A stretch of DNA of 64,000 nucleotides. Source: Elusimicrobiota bacterium (GTDB taxonomy: Bacteria; Elusimicrobiota; UBA8919). The stretch lies in the NCBI GenBank assembly GCA_003452965.1, contig DMMW01000002.1, positions 43,975-107,974 on the forward strand, in the 5' to 3' direction. The notes beneath the pieces were generated by a model. It was not told the DNA's origin. It saw only the letters and a program-made list of their open reading frames with translations, and did no database searches. Numbering within the stretch: position 1 is the stretch's first letter; each line of letters opens with the position of its first letter. Positions 23,516 through 33,142 of this stretch are shown here, in pieces. The translations under genes and the position numbers were made by a program.

Positions 23516-25060
23516 ATGAAAAAAAGTATTACTAAAGGCACAATAGATAAAATCGTTAAATTGAATGATTTATCTAAGATAATAAATAATCTAAAATCAA
23601 AAAATAAATCCGTAGTGCATTGTCACGGTGTTTTTGATTTAGTACATCCAGGTCATATTAAACATTTGGAGTCGGCTAAAAGAGAAGGAGATATTTTGGT
23701 TGTTACTATTACTCCTGACAAATACGTCAACAAAGGTCCCGGACGCCCGATTTTTAACGAGCAATTGCGAGCTGAGACGCTCGCTGCATTGCAGTGTGTG
23801 GATTATGTATCGATAAATAAGTGGCCAATAGCAATAGAAACAATTAAATTGTTGAAACCCAATATTTATGTGAAAGGCAAGGAATATGCTAATCAGAATA
23901 ATGATTTAACAGGCAAGATAGTTGACGAAGAACAGGCAATAGTAGATGTTGGCGGTAGGATACATTTTACTGACGACATTACGTTTAGTTCTTCAAGTTT
24001 AATAAATTCTAATTTTAGTATATATCCGGTTGAGACACAAGAATGGCTTAAAGAATTCCGTTCAAAATATTCAATAGAAGATATCTTGGCTTATTTGAAT
24101 AAGGCATCTGATATTAAATCTTTGGTTATAGGCGAAGCTATTGTAGACGAATATGTTTTTTGCGATGGTTTAGGCAAATCAAATAAAGATCCTATTTTAG
24201 CTTTTAAATACCATTATACTGAAAAATATGCCGGCGGGAGTTTGGCGGTTGCCAATCATTTAGCAGGTTTTTGTTCAAATGTTGGAATCTTGGCATTACT
24301 GGGAGATACAGAACGCGAAGAAGAGTTTATAAAAAGTAAATTATTATCCAATGTCCATCCGTATTTACTCAATCAAAACAACGCCCCGACTATACATAAA
24401 AGAAGGTTTGTGGACACGCATACAAATGCCAGGATGTTTGAAATTTACATTATGGACGATTTGCCGATAAGGCATGATAATGAAGACAGGTTATTAAAAA
24501 CACTGTCAAAAATTGTGAACAACTATGATTTGATAATTGTTACGGATTATGGGCATGGTATGATGACACCTTCTGTTATAAAATTATTATCAAAATCAAA
24601 ACCTTTTTTAGCGGTGAATACCCAGACCAATGCAGGGAATAGGGGTTTTAATACAATTTCCAAATATCCGAGAGCCGATTATGTTTGTTTAGCAGGTCAT
24701 GAAGTTGCGCTTGAAACACGTATGAGGCACGCAGGGTTCAAGGATTTGATGTTAGAAGTCAGTACACGTATCAAATGTTCAAATTTTACCGTTACTCACG
24801 GAAAAGACGGTACTTTGCATTATTCGCCAAAAATAGGATTTACCGAAGTACCGGCGTTGGCTTCCAAAATTACTGACCGTGTGGGAGCCGGTGATGCTGT
24901 TTTAGCAATTACTTCCTTATTAGCCATGCAGAAAGCCTCCTGGGATATCGTCGGTTTCGTCGGCAATGTTGCAGGTGCAGAAATGGTTGCGGAATTGGGT
25001 AATCGTATTTCTTTAAATAAAGTGAATCTATCAAAGCATATAACGGCTTTATTGAAATAA
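23516..25060 (+). CDS. bifunctional sugar-phosphate nucleotidyltransferase (N-terminal) / PfkB-family sugar kinase (C-terminal); HldE/RfaE-like with reversed domain order
   Basis: HCHGVFDLVHPGHIKHLE (HxGH nucleotidyltransferase) at N-terminus; C-terminal TDRVGAGDAVLAIT PfkB signature; RBS ggag before ATG 23516. Confidence 0.65.
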   Translation: MKKSITKGTIDKIVKLNDLSKIINNLKSKNKSVVHCHGVFDLVHPGHIKHLESAKREGDILVVTITPDKYVNKGPGRPIFNEQLRAETLAALQCVDYVSINKWPIAIETIKLLKPNIYVKGKEYANQNNDLTGKIVDEEQAIVDVGGRIHFTDDITFSSSSLINSNFSIYPVETQEWLKEFRSKYSIEDILAYLNKASDIKSLVIGEAIVDEYVFCDGLGKSNKDPILAFKYHYTEKYAGGSLAVANHLAGFCSNVGILALLGDTEREEEFIKSKLLSNVHPYLLNQNNAPTIHKRRFVDTHTNARMFEIYIMDDLPIRHDNEDRLLKTLSKIVNNYDLIIVTDYGHGMMTPSVIKLLSKSKPFLAVNTQTNAGNRGFNTISKYPRADYVCLAGHEVALETRMRHAGFKDLMLEVSTRIKCSNFTVTHGKDGTLHYSPKIGFTEVPALASKITDRVGAGDAVLAITSLLAMQKASWDIVGFVGNVAGAEMVAELGNRISLNKVNLSKHITALLK

Positions 25061-25076
25061 CATTGGGAGACAAAGT

Positions 25077-26033
25077 ATGAAAATATTATTGACAGGTGGG
25101 TGCGGATATGTAGGAACAGTTTTAACAGAAAAGCTTTTAGAAAAAGGGCATGATGTAACCGTGGTTGACGCTATGTGGTTTGGCAATTATTTGAAACCAC
25201 AAAAGAATCTGACTATTATTAAAGAAGATATTCGTAATACCGAAAATATACTGCTTAAAGGAATCGAAACGATAATTCATTTAGCAAACGTGGCAAACGA
25301 TCCCTGCGTAGAATTGGACCCTAGGCTTTCGTGGGAAGTTAATACACTAGCAACTATGCAATTGATTGATAAAGCAGTCCGTTTAAAAGTTAAACAGTTT
25401 ATTTATGCAAGTTCCGGCAGCGTATACGGGGTCACTGATGAACCGAAAGTCACCGAAGAATTGGAATTGAAACCGATATCTGAATACAACAAAACAAAAA
25501 TGGTAAGTGAAAGAGTTCTTTTAAGTTATAAAGATGAAATGATAGTTCAATGTATAAGGCCTGCTACAGTATGCGGATATTCGCCAAGAATGCGGCTGGA
25601 TTTATCGGTTAATATGTTAACTATGCAGGCGATAACAAAAGGTGTTATAACCGTTTTTGGCGGCAATCAGGTGCGTCCGAATATTCATGTTCAGGATATG
25701 GTTGATGTTTATCTATACATGCTGGATCTGGGAAAAAAAGCGGCAGGGGTTTATAATGCAGGTTTTGAGAATATCTCCATTTTAGATATCGCAAAAAGAG
25801 TAACTAACTTTATTCCAGTGAAAATAGTGGTTACTGAATCCAACGATCCAAGGTCTTACCGGATGAATTCTGATAAGCTTTTATCTACAGGATTTAAGCC
25901 TAAAAAAACAGTGGATGATGCCATAAAAGAAATTATGCAGGCATATAAAGACGGTAAAATAAAAGATGAAGAAAGTTGTTACAATGTAAAATGGATGAAA
26001 AAGACAGTGTGCAATTCTTTGACGTCATCCTGA
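25077..26033 (+). CDS. NAD-dependent sugar epimerase/dehydratase (SDR)
   Basis: MKILLTGGCGYVGTVL, YNKTK catalytic YxxxK. Confidence 0.75.
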   Translation: MKILLTGGCGYVGTVLTEKLLEKGHDVTVVDAMWFGNYLKPQKNLTIIKEDIRNTENILLKGIETIIHLANVANDPCVELDPRLSWEVNTLATMQLIDKAVRLKVKQFIYASSGSVYGVTDEPKVTEELELKPISEYNKTKMVSERVLLSYKDEMIVQCIRPATVCGYSPRMRLDLSVNMLTMQAITKGVITVFGGNQVRPNIHVQDMVDVYLYMLDLGKKAAGVYNAGFENISILDIAKRVTNFIPVKIVVTESNDPRSYRMNSDKLLSTGFKPKKTVDDAIKEIMQAYKDGKIKDEESCYNVKWMKKTVCNSLTSS

Positions 26034-26056
26034 TGTCGCCACGGCGACCGAAGGAT
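26027..26056 (+). terminator. GC-rich stem-loop (GTCGCC-AC-GGCGAC core with outer ATCC/GGAT) after SDR gene; terminator-like
   Basis: perfect 6-bp GC stem plus outer pairs immediately after stop 26033; no strong U-tract. Confidence 0.4.
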
Positions 26057-26120
26057 CTCGTCTTGGAAGTTATACTTTGTGTTAAGATATGTAATAACCT
26101 TAACATAATAATTTAAAAAA

Positions 26121-26975
26121 ATGAAAAAAAAATTACAAGGGAACAAAATAGAGGAATTAGAAAAAATTGCTAAAAGAGTAAGAAGCATGATTTTGGCAAT
26201 GGCTTATTATGCTGGCGGTGCTCATATTGCTCCTGCTTTTTCTATTGCTGATATTATTACCGTATTATATACCGAGATATTGAATTTCAGTAGAAAAAAC
26301 GTTAATTCCGAAGAACGTGACCGTTTAATTTTAAGCAAAGGACATGCATGTACAGTGCTATATGCCATACTGGCAGAACAAGGATTTATCAAAAAAGAAA
26401 TATTAAAGAAATATTGTAAAATAGACGGTATTATAGGCGGACATCCTAATATACATGAATTACCCGGTATAGAAGCTACAACCGGTTCGCTAGGTCACGG
26501 ATTTTCTATTGCTTGCGGTGTTGCATTTGCGGGTAAATTAAAAAAAAATAAATATAAGGTTTATACAATTTTAGGTGACGGGGAAAGTCAGGAAGGAACA
26601 ATCTGGGAAGCATCAATGTTTGCAGGTAACCGGAAACTTGATAACTTGATTGCTATCGTTGATTCTAATAAATTACAAGGTATGGGGAAAACTAACGAAA
26701 TTAATAGTTTGGAGCCATTTGCTGAAAAATGGAGAAGCTTTAATTGGAGCGTTAAGGAAATTAACGGTAATAGTATTTCGGAAATATTAAAAGCATTAAA
26801 AAATGTTCCATTTACTAAAAATAAACCAAGTGTTATCATTGCTAATACAATAAAAGGCAAAGGAGTATCTTTTATGGAAGATAAAGCGATATGGCACTAT
26901 AGATTACCAAATAATGAAGAAATGAAAGTCGCCTGTAAAGAACTGAATATTGAAGATATCGAAAAAGTATTATGA
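26121..26975 (+). CDS. transketolase, N-terminal (TPP-binding) subunit of a split transketolase
   Basis: SKGHACTVLYAIL, GGHP, GSLGHGFSIACG, LGDGESQEG, NLIAIVDSNKLQ. Confidence 0.8.
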   Translation: MKKKLQGNKIEELEKIAKRVRSMILAMAYYAGGAHIAPAFSIADIITVLYTEILNFSRKNVNSEERDRLILSKGHACTVLYAILAEQGFIKKEILKKYCKIDGIIGGHPNIHELPGIEATTGSLGHGFSIACGVAFAGKLKKNKYKVYTILGDGESQEGTIWEASMFAGNRKLDNLIAIVDSNKLQGMGKTNEINSLEPFAEKWRSFNWSVKEINGNSISEILKALKNVPFTKNKPSVIIANTIKGKGVSFMEDKAIWHYRLPNNEEMKVACKELNIEDIEKVL

Positions 26976-27002
26976 TATTGTTGGAAAAATATTCGAGATG
27001 TT

Positions 27003-27127
27003 GCCCTGAAAATAGATATTGTGTCGCATTGTAGTTGCCGATCTTGCTTGCCCGAACGTTTTTGTTCTCAGGGCTCGGCTATAAGTCAATCAAGATTGAT
27101 AAATACAGGACAGCGAGGAGACCTCGC
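27003..27127 (+). other. structured GC-richer spacer between split transketolase subunits (several stem-loops: GCCCTGA..TCAGGGC, TCAATC-AA-GATTGA, GCGAGG-AGA-CCTCGC)
   Basis: inverted repeats read directly; about 230-nt non-coding gap in an otherwise tightly packed cluster. Confidence 0.4.
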
Positions 27128-27204
27128 AAATACAATAAAATCCTAAGAATCACTACACAGATACTTATTCAATGGTCTTATAATAACTTTGGAATAATAT
27201 TAAT

Positions 27205-28122
27205 ATGAGAAATGCATTTGTTAGCGAATTAACTGATATATCTAAAGATCCGAAAATATTTACTTTATTGGCTGATAACGGCATAATCGTTTTTGACGAT
27301 TATATAAAACTTTATCCAAAACAATTTTTGAATGTAGGTATTGCGGAATCAAATATGATTGGTGTTGCAGCCGGAATGGCAATGTGCGGTTTCATACCTT
27401 TCGTTTATACTATAATTCCATTTTTAACAATGAGGCCTTTTGAATATATTAGAAACGATATATGCAAGCAGAACCAAAATGTTAAATTAATCGGTATAGG
27501 TGCGGGTTTTAATTACAGTACTCTTGGTCCTACGCATCATGGTACGGAAGACATTTCTATTATGCGGTGTTTACCTAATTTAACGGTATTATCTCCGGCA
27601 GACCCGTTAGAAACGAGAAAAGCTACAATGGCAGCTTACAAAATGAAAGGACCGGTTTATATACGAATAGGGACGGGAAAGAATCCTTCTGTATATAAAA
27701 ACGATTATGAATTTGTCATAGGAAAAGGTATTGTACTTAATGATGGCGATGATGTTACTATTATTTCAACGGGTTTCATAATTCAAGAAACGCAATTAGC
27801 TATAGATGAATTGAAAAAATCTGGAATTTCAGTTAGATTGATAAATATTCATACAATTAAACCTATTGATGAAGAAATAATATTAAAAGCATGCCGGGAA
27901 ACGAAAGCGATTTTAACAGTTGAAGAACATTCTGTTATTGGCGGGCTTGGAAGCGCGGTCGCGGAAGTGATTTTAGAAAAATGCCAGAAACCGATTAAAT
28001 TTAAACGGCTTGGTTTAAATGGTGTATTTGCTTCGGGTTATGGAAATATTCTGGAAATGAGACAATTGAATGGCCTGAGTAAAGATGATATAATTCGTGA
28101 GGCTAAAATATTAGTAAGATAA
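27205..28122 (+). CDS. transketolase, C-terminal (pyrimidine-binding) subunit
   Basis: FLNVGIAESNMIGVAAGMA, GPTHHGTEDISIMRCLPN. Confidence 0.8.
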   Translation: MRNAFVSELTDISKDPKIFTLLADNGIIVFDDYIKLYPKQFLNVGIAESNMIGVAAGMAMCGFIPFVYTIIPFLTMRPFEYIRNDICKQNQNVKLIGIGAGFNYSTLGPTHHGTEDISIMRCLPNLTVLSPADPLETRKATMAAYKMKGPVYIRIGTGKNPSVYKNDYEFVIGKGIVLNDGDDVTIISTGFIIQETQLAIDELKKSGISVRLINIHTIKPIDEEIILKACRETKAILTVEEHSVIGGLGSAVAEVILEKCQKPIKFKRLGLNGVFASGYGNILEMRQLNGLSKDDIIREAKILVR

Positions 28123-28184
28123 AATATTTTAGGTGATAGTGGAAAAGTAAGAAATGATTATTGTTAACGTGCATTGGAGGTAGT

Positions 28185-29138
28185 ATGAAGTATTTTTTTG
28201 TTAATCCAAGTATTTTGTCTCCGTTATCTCAGAGAAAAAGCAGGGCGGTAAGAGCAATAGAGATTATGAATCTGTTATTGAAAGATAAATACTTAAAAGA
28301 TAACCGTTGGGAGCTTTGGGCTCAGAATCATAAGAAAATGACGAATCATATAAATGTCAACACATTATTAAAATTTCAATCAGATTCAATTCTTGGACCG
28401 CATATAATCGGCGGCAGCGGTTTGCATTTTATGGATTTAATGATTAAAAAACTGGGATATTCAAAATATGAATTTATAATGAAAAATTATACGGAAACAA
28501 TTTGCGGCGAGCCAAAAGATTTGACTACATTTGATAGCCGTCAAATAACCCGAACATCTATGAGGCATATTTACCATCTAGCAATGCTGCACGATTATTG
28601 TAAAAATGTTTTTTCTTTTCCAATAGATTTTGTTGAAGTAGGAGGAGGATTTGGTAATTTAGCCCGTTTAGTTACACAATATCATCTTTGTAAAAGATAT
28701 TTTATTTTTGACTATCCTGTAACATTGGCAATTCAATATTTTTATTTAGGGGAATTTTTTAAATCAGGCGAAGTAGCTGTTATCTCTGAAAACGGAGAAT
28801 TTATAGAAGGTGATGAAAACTCCAAAATTATGTTATGTGTTCCTGCTGTGTTAACCAGAGCAACTGAAATGTTAATAACACCTTATGCATTTGTATCGAC
28901 TTTAGCTCTTACTGAAATACCCAAAAAAGGTCAGGATGAATACCTGGAAAAACTTAATCCGGCTTTGATTTATATTTACGGGCAACTGCAGAATTTAGCT
29001 GTAGCTGACGGAGAATCAGCCGGGAAAAACAAGCTTGATAATAATAGTGCACTGTTTTCATTGATAAATAAATATCACACTATCAACTATGATTTTTATG
29101 GTTATAATTTTGAATATATGGGCAGAACATTTTATTAG
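28185..29138 (+). CDS. hypothetical protein, possible sugar O-methyltransferase
   Basis: FVEVGGGFGNLARL GxGxG-type block; RBS ggaggtagtATG; otherwise no recognisable family. Confidence 0.3.
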   Translation: MKYFFVNPSILSPLSQRKSRAVRAIEIMNLLLKDKYLKDNRWELWAQNHKKMTNHINVNTLLKFQSDSILGPHIIGGSGLHFMDLMIKKLGYSKYEFIMKNYTETICGEPKDLTTFDSRQITRTSMRHIYHLAMLHDYCKNVFSFPIDFVEVGGGFGNLARLVTQYHLCKRYFIFDYPVTLAIQYFYLGEFFKSGEVAVISENGEFIEGDENSKIMLCVPAVLTRATEMLITPYAFVSTLALTEIPKKGQDEYLEKLNPALIYIYGQLQNLAVADGESAGKNKLDNNSALFSLINKYHTINYDFYGYNFEYMGRTFY

Positions 29139-29147
29139 GAGGATTTT

Positions 29148-29483
29148 ATGATAAAAATAATTAATGTAAACGATAATAACTTCAATAAAGAAGTAATCAG
29201 TAATAAGGGAATTGTAGTTGTTGATTGTTGGGCGACAAGAAGCGAGGTGTGCAGATTTAATGCTCCGGTTGTTTATGAAACAGCAAAAGCATATAAAAGT
29301 ATTAAATTCGTAAAATTAAATATCGAGGAAAATCCGTATACAGTAAGTAATAATAATATTAAGATGGCTCCGTGCGTAATAATTTATAAAAAAGGGAATA
29401 TCGAGGAGATTATTCTTGGGGTAACCGACAGGAAATATCTTGCTCAGAAGATAGGACAAGCAAATAATATAGTAAGAAAATAG
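29148..29483 (+). CDS. thioredoxin-fold protein with degenerate active site
   Basis: Collinear with thioredoxin (VVVDCWATRSEVC in place of VDFWAEWCGPC; MAPC for cis-Pro region); RBS taggagga. Confidence 0.55.
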   Translation: MIKIINVNDNNFNKEVISNKGIVVVDCWATRSEVCRFNAPVVYETAKAYKSIKFVKLNIEENPYTVSNNNIKMAPCVIIYKKGNIEEIILGVTDRKYLAQKIGQANNIVRK

Positions 29484-29529
29484 CAAAATTGAAAATGCTT
29501 TTAATTTATTTTATGGTGAGGAGCGGGTT

Positions 29530-30192
29530 ATGAATAGTAGTAAACTTTGGCAAAAGGTAAAGAGTTGTGTCGGTAATAAAAAATTTATGTTAGGTCCGTA
29601 TTTTTCAAGACAGTTTTTAGATGATCCCAAACATGCCCTTTTTATTCTATCCAGATATAAATTTGCTGCTAAACTTTTAGGAGAAGAACCAAAATTGAAT
29701 GTTTTAGAGTTAGGTTGTAATGAAGGATTGGGAAGCTTGATTTTGGGAAGTTTTGCTAAAAAGGTTGTTGCGGTTGATTTTGATGAACGTGCAATAAATT
29801 GGGCGAAAGAAAATATAGTAAAAGAAAACATAGCTTTTCAGAAAAGAGATTTTTTTAAAAATAAAATAGGTAAATTTGATGCGATGGTATGCATAGACGT
29901 TATGGAACATTTAAAAAAGAATCAGGAGGAGATATTTTTAAAAACATTATCGGAAAATCTGCAAAAAGACGGATTTTGTATAATCGGGACTCCGAATATA
30001 ACTGCGGCAGAGTACGCTTGCAAAGCAAGTAAAATTGGTCATGTAAATTTGTACGATGCTGGAAGATTGAAAAAATTACTTTTAAAAAAATTTAAGAATG
30101 TTTTTATTTTCGGCATGAACGATGAGGTTGTACATACAGGATTTTATCCTATGTGTCATTACTTGTTTGCGTTAGCTTGTAATAAAAAATAA
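29530..30192 (+). CDS. class I SAM-dependent methyltransferase
   Basis: VLELGCNEGLGS motif I, VVAVDFDE, MVCIDVMEHL. Confidence 0.7.
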   Translation: MNSSKLWQKVKSCVGNKKFMLGPYFSRQFLDDPKHALFILSRYKFAAKLLGEEPKLNVLELGCNEGLGSLILGSFAKKVVAVDFDERAINWAKENIVKENIAFQKRDFFKNKIGKFDAMVCIDVMEHLKKNQEEIFLKTLSENLQKDGFCIIGTPNITAAEYACKASKIGHVNLYDAGRLKKLLLKKFKNVFIFGMNDEVVHTGFYPMCHYLFALACNKK

Positions 30193-30253
30193 GAATGAGT
30201 TGTATAAATAAATAGTTGACTGTACGGATTAATCGCAAGAATAGATTATAGTT

Positions 30254-31141
30254 ATGAATATTTTGCTTACAGGGGTTAGTGGTTTTGCCGGGTCATATCT
30301 CGCTGCCGATTTATTGGAAAGCGGGAATAATGTCATAGGACTCGACAAGATAGATGATTCCGATGTTATAAAGAAGCTGTTAAATCTAAAGAAATTTAGA
30401 ATTATCAAGGCGGATTTAAGCCAGAAATTTAACGGTCCGGACAATGTTGATGCCATAATACATACTGCGGCAGAAGCAAGGCCTTCAGGAGTCCCAGTTG
30501 CAGAATATATAAAAAACAATATGACCGCGGTTGAGAATTTGGCTTTGTATGCGGTAGAAGCCGGTGTTAAAAAAATAATATTTTTTTCCAGCATAAGCGT
30601 ATACGGTGAAATAGAAAATAAAGTGGTTGACGAAGATACTCCAATAATAAATCCTTCTGTATACGGGATTTCAAAATATATCGGGGAGTTATTATTAAAG
30701 GATATTTCAGATAAAATCCCTTCAATAGCCCTTAGGTTACCGGGACTGCTCGGAAAAATGGCTAAGGGACCGTGGCTTGCAAAAGTACTTCAAAAGGTTT
30801 TTAAGGGTGAAGATATAACCGTATATAATCATTCCGAAGGGTTCAATAATGCCATACATCTGTCAGATTTGGCGGCATTTATTCAAAATTTATTAAAAAA
30901 TGATTTAAAAGGATTTGATGTAATTAATTTGGCATGTAGCGAAGTTATAACTGTTGAAGAAACGGTCAAGGAACTTATAAAAAATGCCGGTACGTCTTCT
31001 GAAATTAAAAATAAGGAATCGGAAAATATTTCTTTTATAATTTCTACTGAGAAGGCAAAACGCGTTTATTCGTTTGAATCGTCACCGATAAGAAGCGTTT
31101 TGGAAAGATTTGTCATTGAAAACAAGGAATCTAAAATATGA
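30254..31141 (+). CDS. NAD-dependent sugar epimerase/reductase (SDR)
   Basis: MNILLTGVSGFAGSYL, YGISK. Confidence 0.7.
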   Translation: MNILLTGVSGFAGSYLAADLLESGNNVIGLDKIDDSDVIKKLLNLKKFRIIKADLSQKFNGPDNVDAIIHTAAEARPSGVPVAEYIKNNMTAVENLALYAVEAGVKKIIFFSSISVYGEIENKVVDEDTPIINPSVYGISKYIGELLLKDISDKIPSIALRLPGLLGKMAKGPWLAKVLQKVFKGEDITVYNHSEGFNNAIHLSDLAAFIQNLLKNDLKGFDVINLACSEVITVEETVKELIKNAGTSSEIKNKESENISFIISTEKAKRVYSFESSPIRSVLERFVIENKESKI

Positions 31142-32241
31142 AAAAAGCAATAGTAGTTGGTGGCGGTGTTTGCGGCTGTACTGCTGCATATTTACTTTCA
31201 AAGGATGGCTGGGATGTAACTTTATTTGAAAAGGAAAAGTGCCTTGGTGGTGGAATTAGAACTTTTTTTTATGGCAGTCATCCGTATACGTTTGGTCCAA
31301 GGCCGCTTTATACTCCGTATGAAAAGGTCTATAAATTTTTAAATAAATTTATCCCGGTAAAACCATTCAAGTTATATCTTAATACTTTTATTGAGAGTGA
31401 CGGGCAGTTTTATTCATTTCCTATACATAAAGATGATATACCAAAAATGCCTGATGCCAGGAGTATATACAAAGAATTGGAAAAAAGGCCGGAAATAAAA
31501 GGAAAAATGGATTTTGAAGAATATTATACTAAATCAGTCGGAAAAACACTTTATAAAAAATTTATTAATAATTATTCAAAAAAAATGTGGGCTATTAAAT
31601 CCAATAAGGAATTGGAAGATTTTGAATGGTCTTTAAAAGGTGTTGCATTAAAAACAGGGACAAAACAGGTTCGGACTGATTTGATCCATGCTCACCCGAC
31701 TAATATCGATGGTTATAACAGATATTTTGATATAATTAGCAGAGAATTTAAAGTTAAGTTAAATTGCAATATACAAAAATTTGATGTTGAAAAACGCGGT
31801 ATACAGGTAAATGGTAAATGGCTTTATTCCGATATTTTGGTAAGTACAACTTCAATCGATTCTTTGTTTGATTATTGTTATGGTGAATTAAAATACATCG
31901 GGAGAGATTTTATAAAATTAGTACTACCAGTAAAACAGGTTATTCCTGATCCGGTAATATTTTTACATTATCCAAATGATGAGATATTTACACGGGTAGT
32001 TGAATATAAGAAATTATATCGTTATAAATCAGATACTACATTATTAGGTATGGAAATACCGTCTTTCAATAATAAACTATATCCGTATCCTATTAAAAGT
32101 GAAAAGGAAAAGGCAAAAAAATATATGGATTCGCTGCCAAAGAATGTTTTTTCGATAGGTAGAAAAGGCAGATATGTTTATGATAATATAGGTGAAGTGG
32201 TTATGCAGGGTTTTGAACTAATAGAAAAACTTCGAATTTGA
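31138..32241 (+). CDS. glf: UDP-galactopyranose mutase-like flavoenzyme (Glf family)
   Basis: AIVVGGGVCGCTAAYLL FAD-binding start, YSKKMWA, RVVEYKK blocks collinear with Glf. Confidence 0.6.
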   Translation: MKKAIVVGGGVCGCTAAYLLSKDGWDVTLFEKEKCLGGGIRTFFYGSHPYTFGPRPLYTPYEKVYKFLNKFIPVKPFKLYLNTFIESDGQFYSFPIHKDDIPKMPDARSIYKELEKRPEIKGKMDFEEYYTKSVGKTLYKKFINNYSKKMWAIKSNKELEDFEWSLKGVALKTGTKQVRTDLIHAHPTNIDGYNRYFDIISREFKVKLNCNIQKFDVEKRGIQVNGKWLYSDILVSTTSIDSLFDYCYGELKYIGRDFIKLVLPVKQVIPDPVIFLHYPNDEIFTRVVEYKKLYRYKSDTTLLGMEIPSFNNKLYPYPIKSEKEKAKKYMDSLPKNVFSIGRKGRYVYDNIGEVVMQGFELIEKLRI

Positions 32242-32263
32242 AATATTTTTTGAAGGAGCGAAT

Positions 32264-32488
32264 ATGTCAGAATTGTTAAAAATGCTTCGTTGTCCTCATT
32301 GTGTAACGCGCGGTAAAAAAGGTTTTTTGATGTTTTCAGGAAAATGGTTTATTTGTAAAGAACCGGATTGCCAGCGTAAATACCCTGTTTATAAGGGGAT
32401 TCCGATTATGCTCACAAGGGAAGGAGATTTTTATCATTATAAAAGGGCACTTGAAAAAGCAGATATAAAAGGGAGTAACAATGGCTAA
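32264..32488 (+). CDS. Trm112/YcaR (UPF0434) family small zinc-ribbon-like protein
   Basis: LLKMLRCPHC...FICKEPDC..YPVYKGIPIML matches Trm112-like fold; RBS aaggag. Confidence 0.65.
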   Translation: MSELLKMLRCPHCVTRGKKGFLMFSGKWFICKEPDCQRKYPVYKGIPIMLTREGDFYHYKRALEKADIKGSNNG

Positions 32489-33134
32489 GGTTAATCTTTT
32501 AGATACGTTGCCAAAAACTGTAAGACCTGTTGCAGAGCGTTCGCAAGTAAGTGCTGAAGACCGGTTGTTATCTTGGAAATTAGATAAGGAATATTTTGAC
32601 GGAACCCGTCAGCAAGGATTGGGCGGTTATTATTATGACGGCAGATGGAAATCGGTTGTTAAACGTTTTAAAGAATATTACGAGCTTAATAGTGAAAGTA
32701 AAGTATTAGATGTAGGATGTGCTAAAGGATTCTTAATACACGATTTTTTGGAAGAAATACCGGGTATTACGGTTGCAGGAATTGATATATCAGAATATGC
32801 ACTTAGTAATGCTACTGATAAAGCAAAACCTCATATATGCATGGCTAACGCAAAAGAACTGCCTTTTCCGGATAAATATTTTGATTTAGTAATTTCTATT
32901 AACAGTTTGCATAATATATTGGAATTGGAAGAGGTAAAAAATGCATTAAGAGAGATAGAACGAGTAAGTCGGAGACATAAATATATCAGTATTGGGGCAT
33001 ATAGTAACGGGGAAGAAAAGAATAAACTTGATAAATGGGCGGTAGTCGCTACGACGTATCTTCACTGCGACGAGTGGGAAAAAATGTTTAGAGAAGTCGG
33101 ATATACGGGTGATTATTGGTGGTTTAAACCATAG
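32481..33134 (+). CDS. class I SAM-dependent methyltransferase
   Basis: VLDVGCAKGFL motif I; LVISINSLHNI; overlaps Trm112-like gene by 8 nt. Confidence 0.7.
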   Translation: MAKVNLLDTLPKTVRPVAERSQVSAEDRLLSWKLDKEYFDGTRQQGLGGYYYDGRWKSVVKRFKEYYELNSESKVLDVGCAKGFLIHDFLEEIPGITVAGIDISEYALSNATDKAKPHICMANAKELPFPDKYFDLVISINSLHNILELEEVKNALREIERVSRRHKYISIGAYSNGEEKNKLDKWAVVATTYLHCDEWEKMFREVGYTGDYWWFKP

Positions 33135-33142
33135 CTTTTTCT

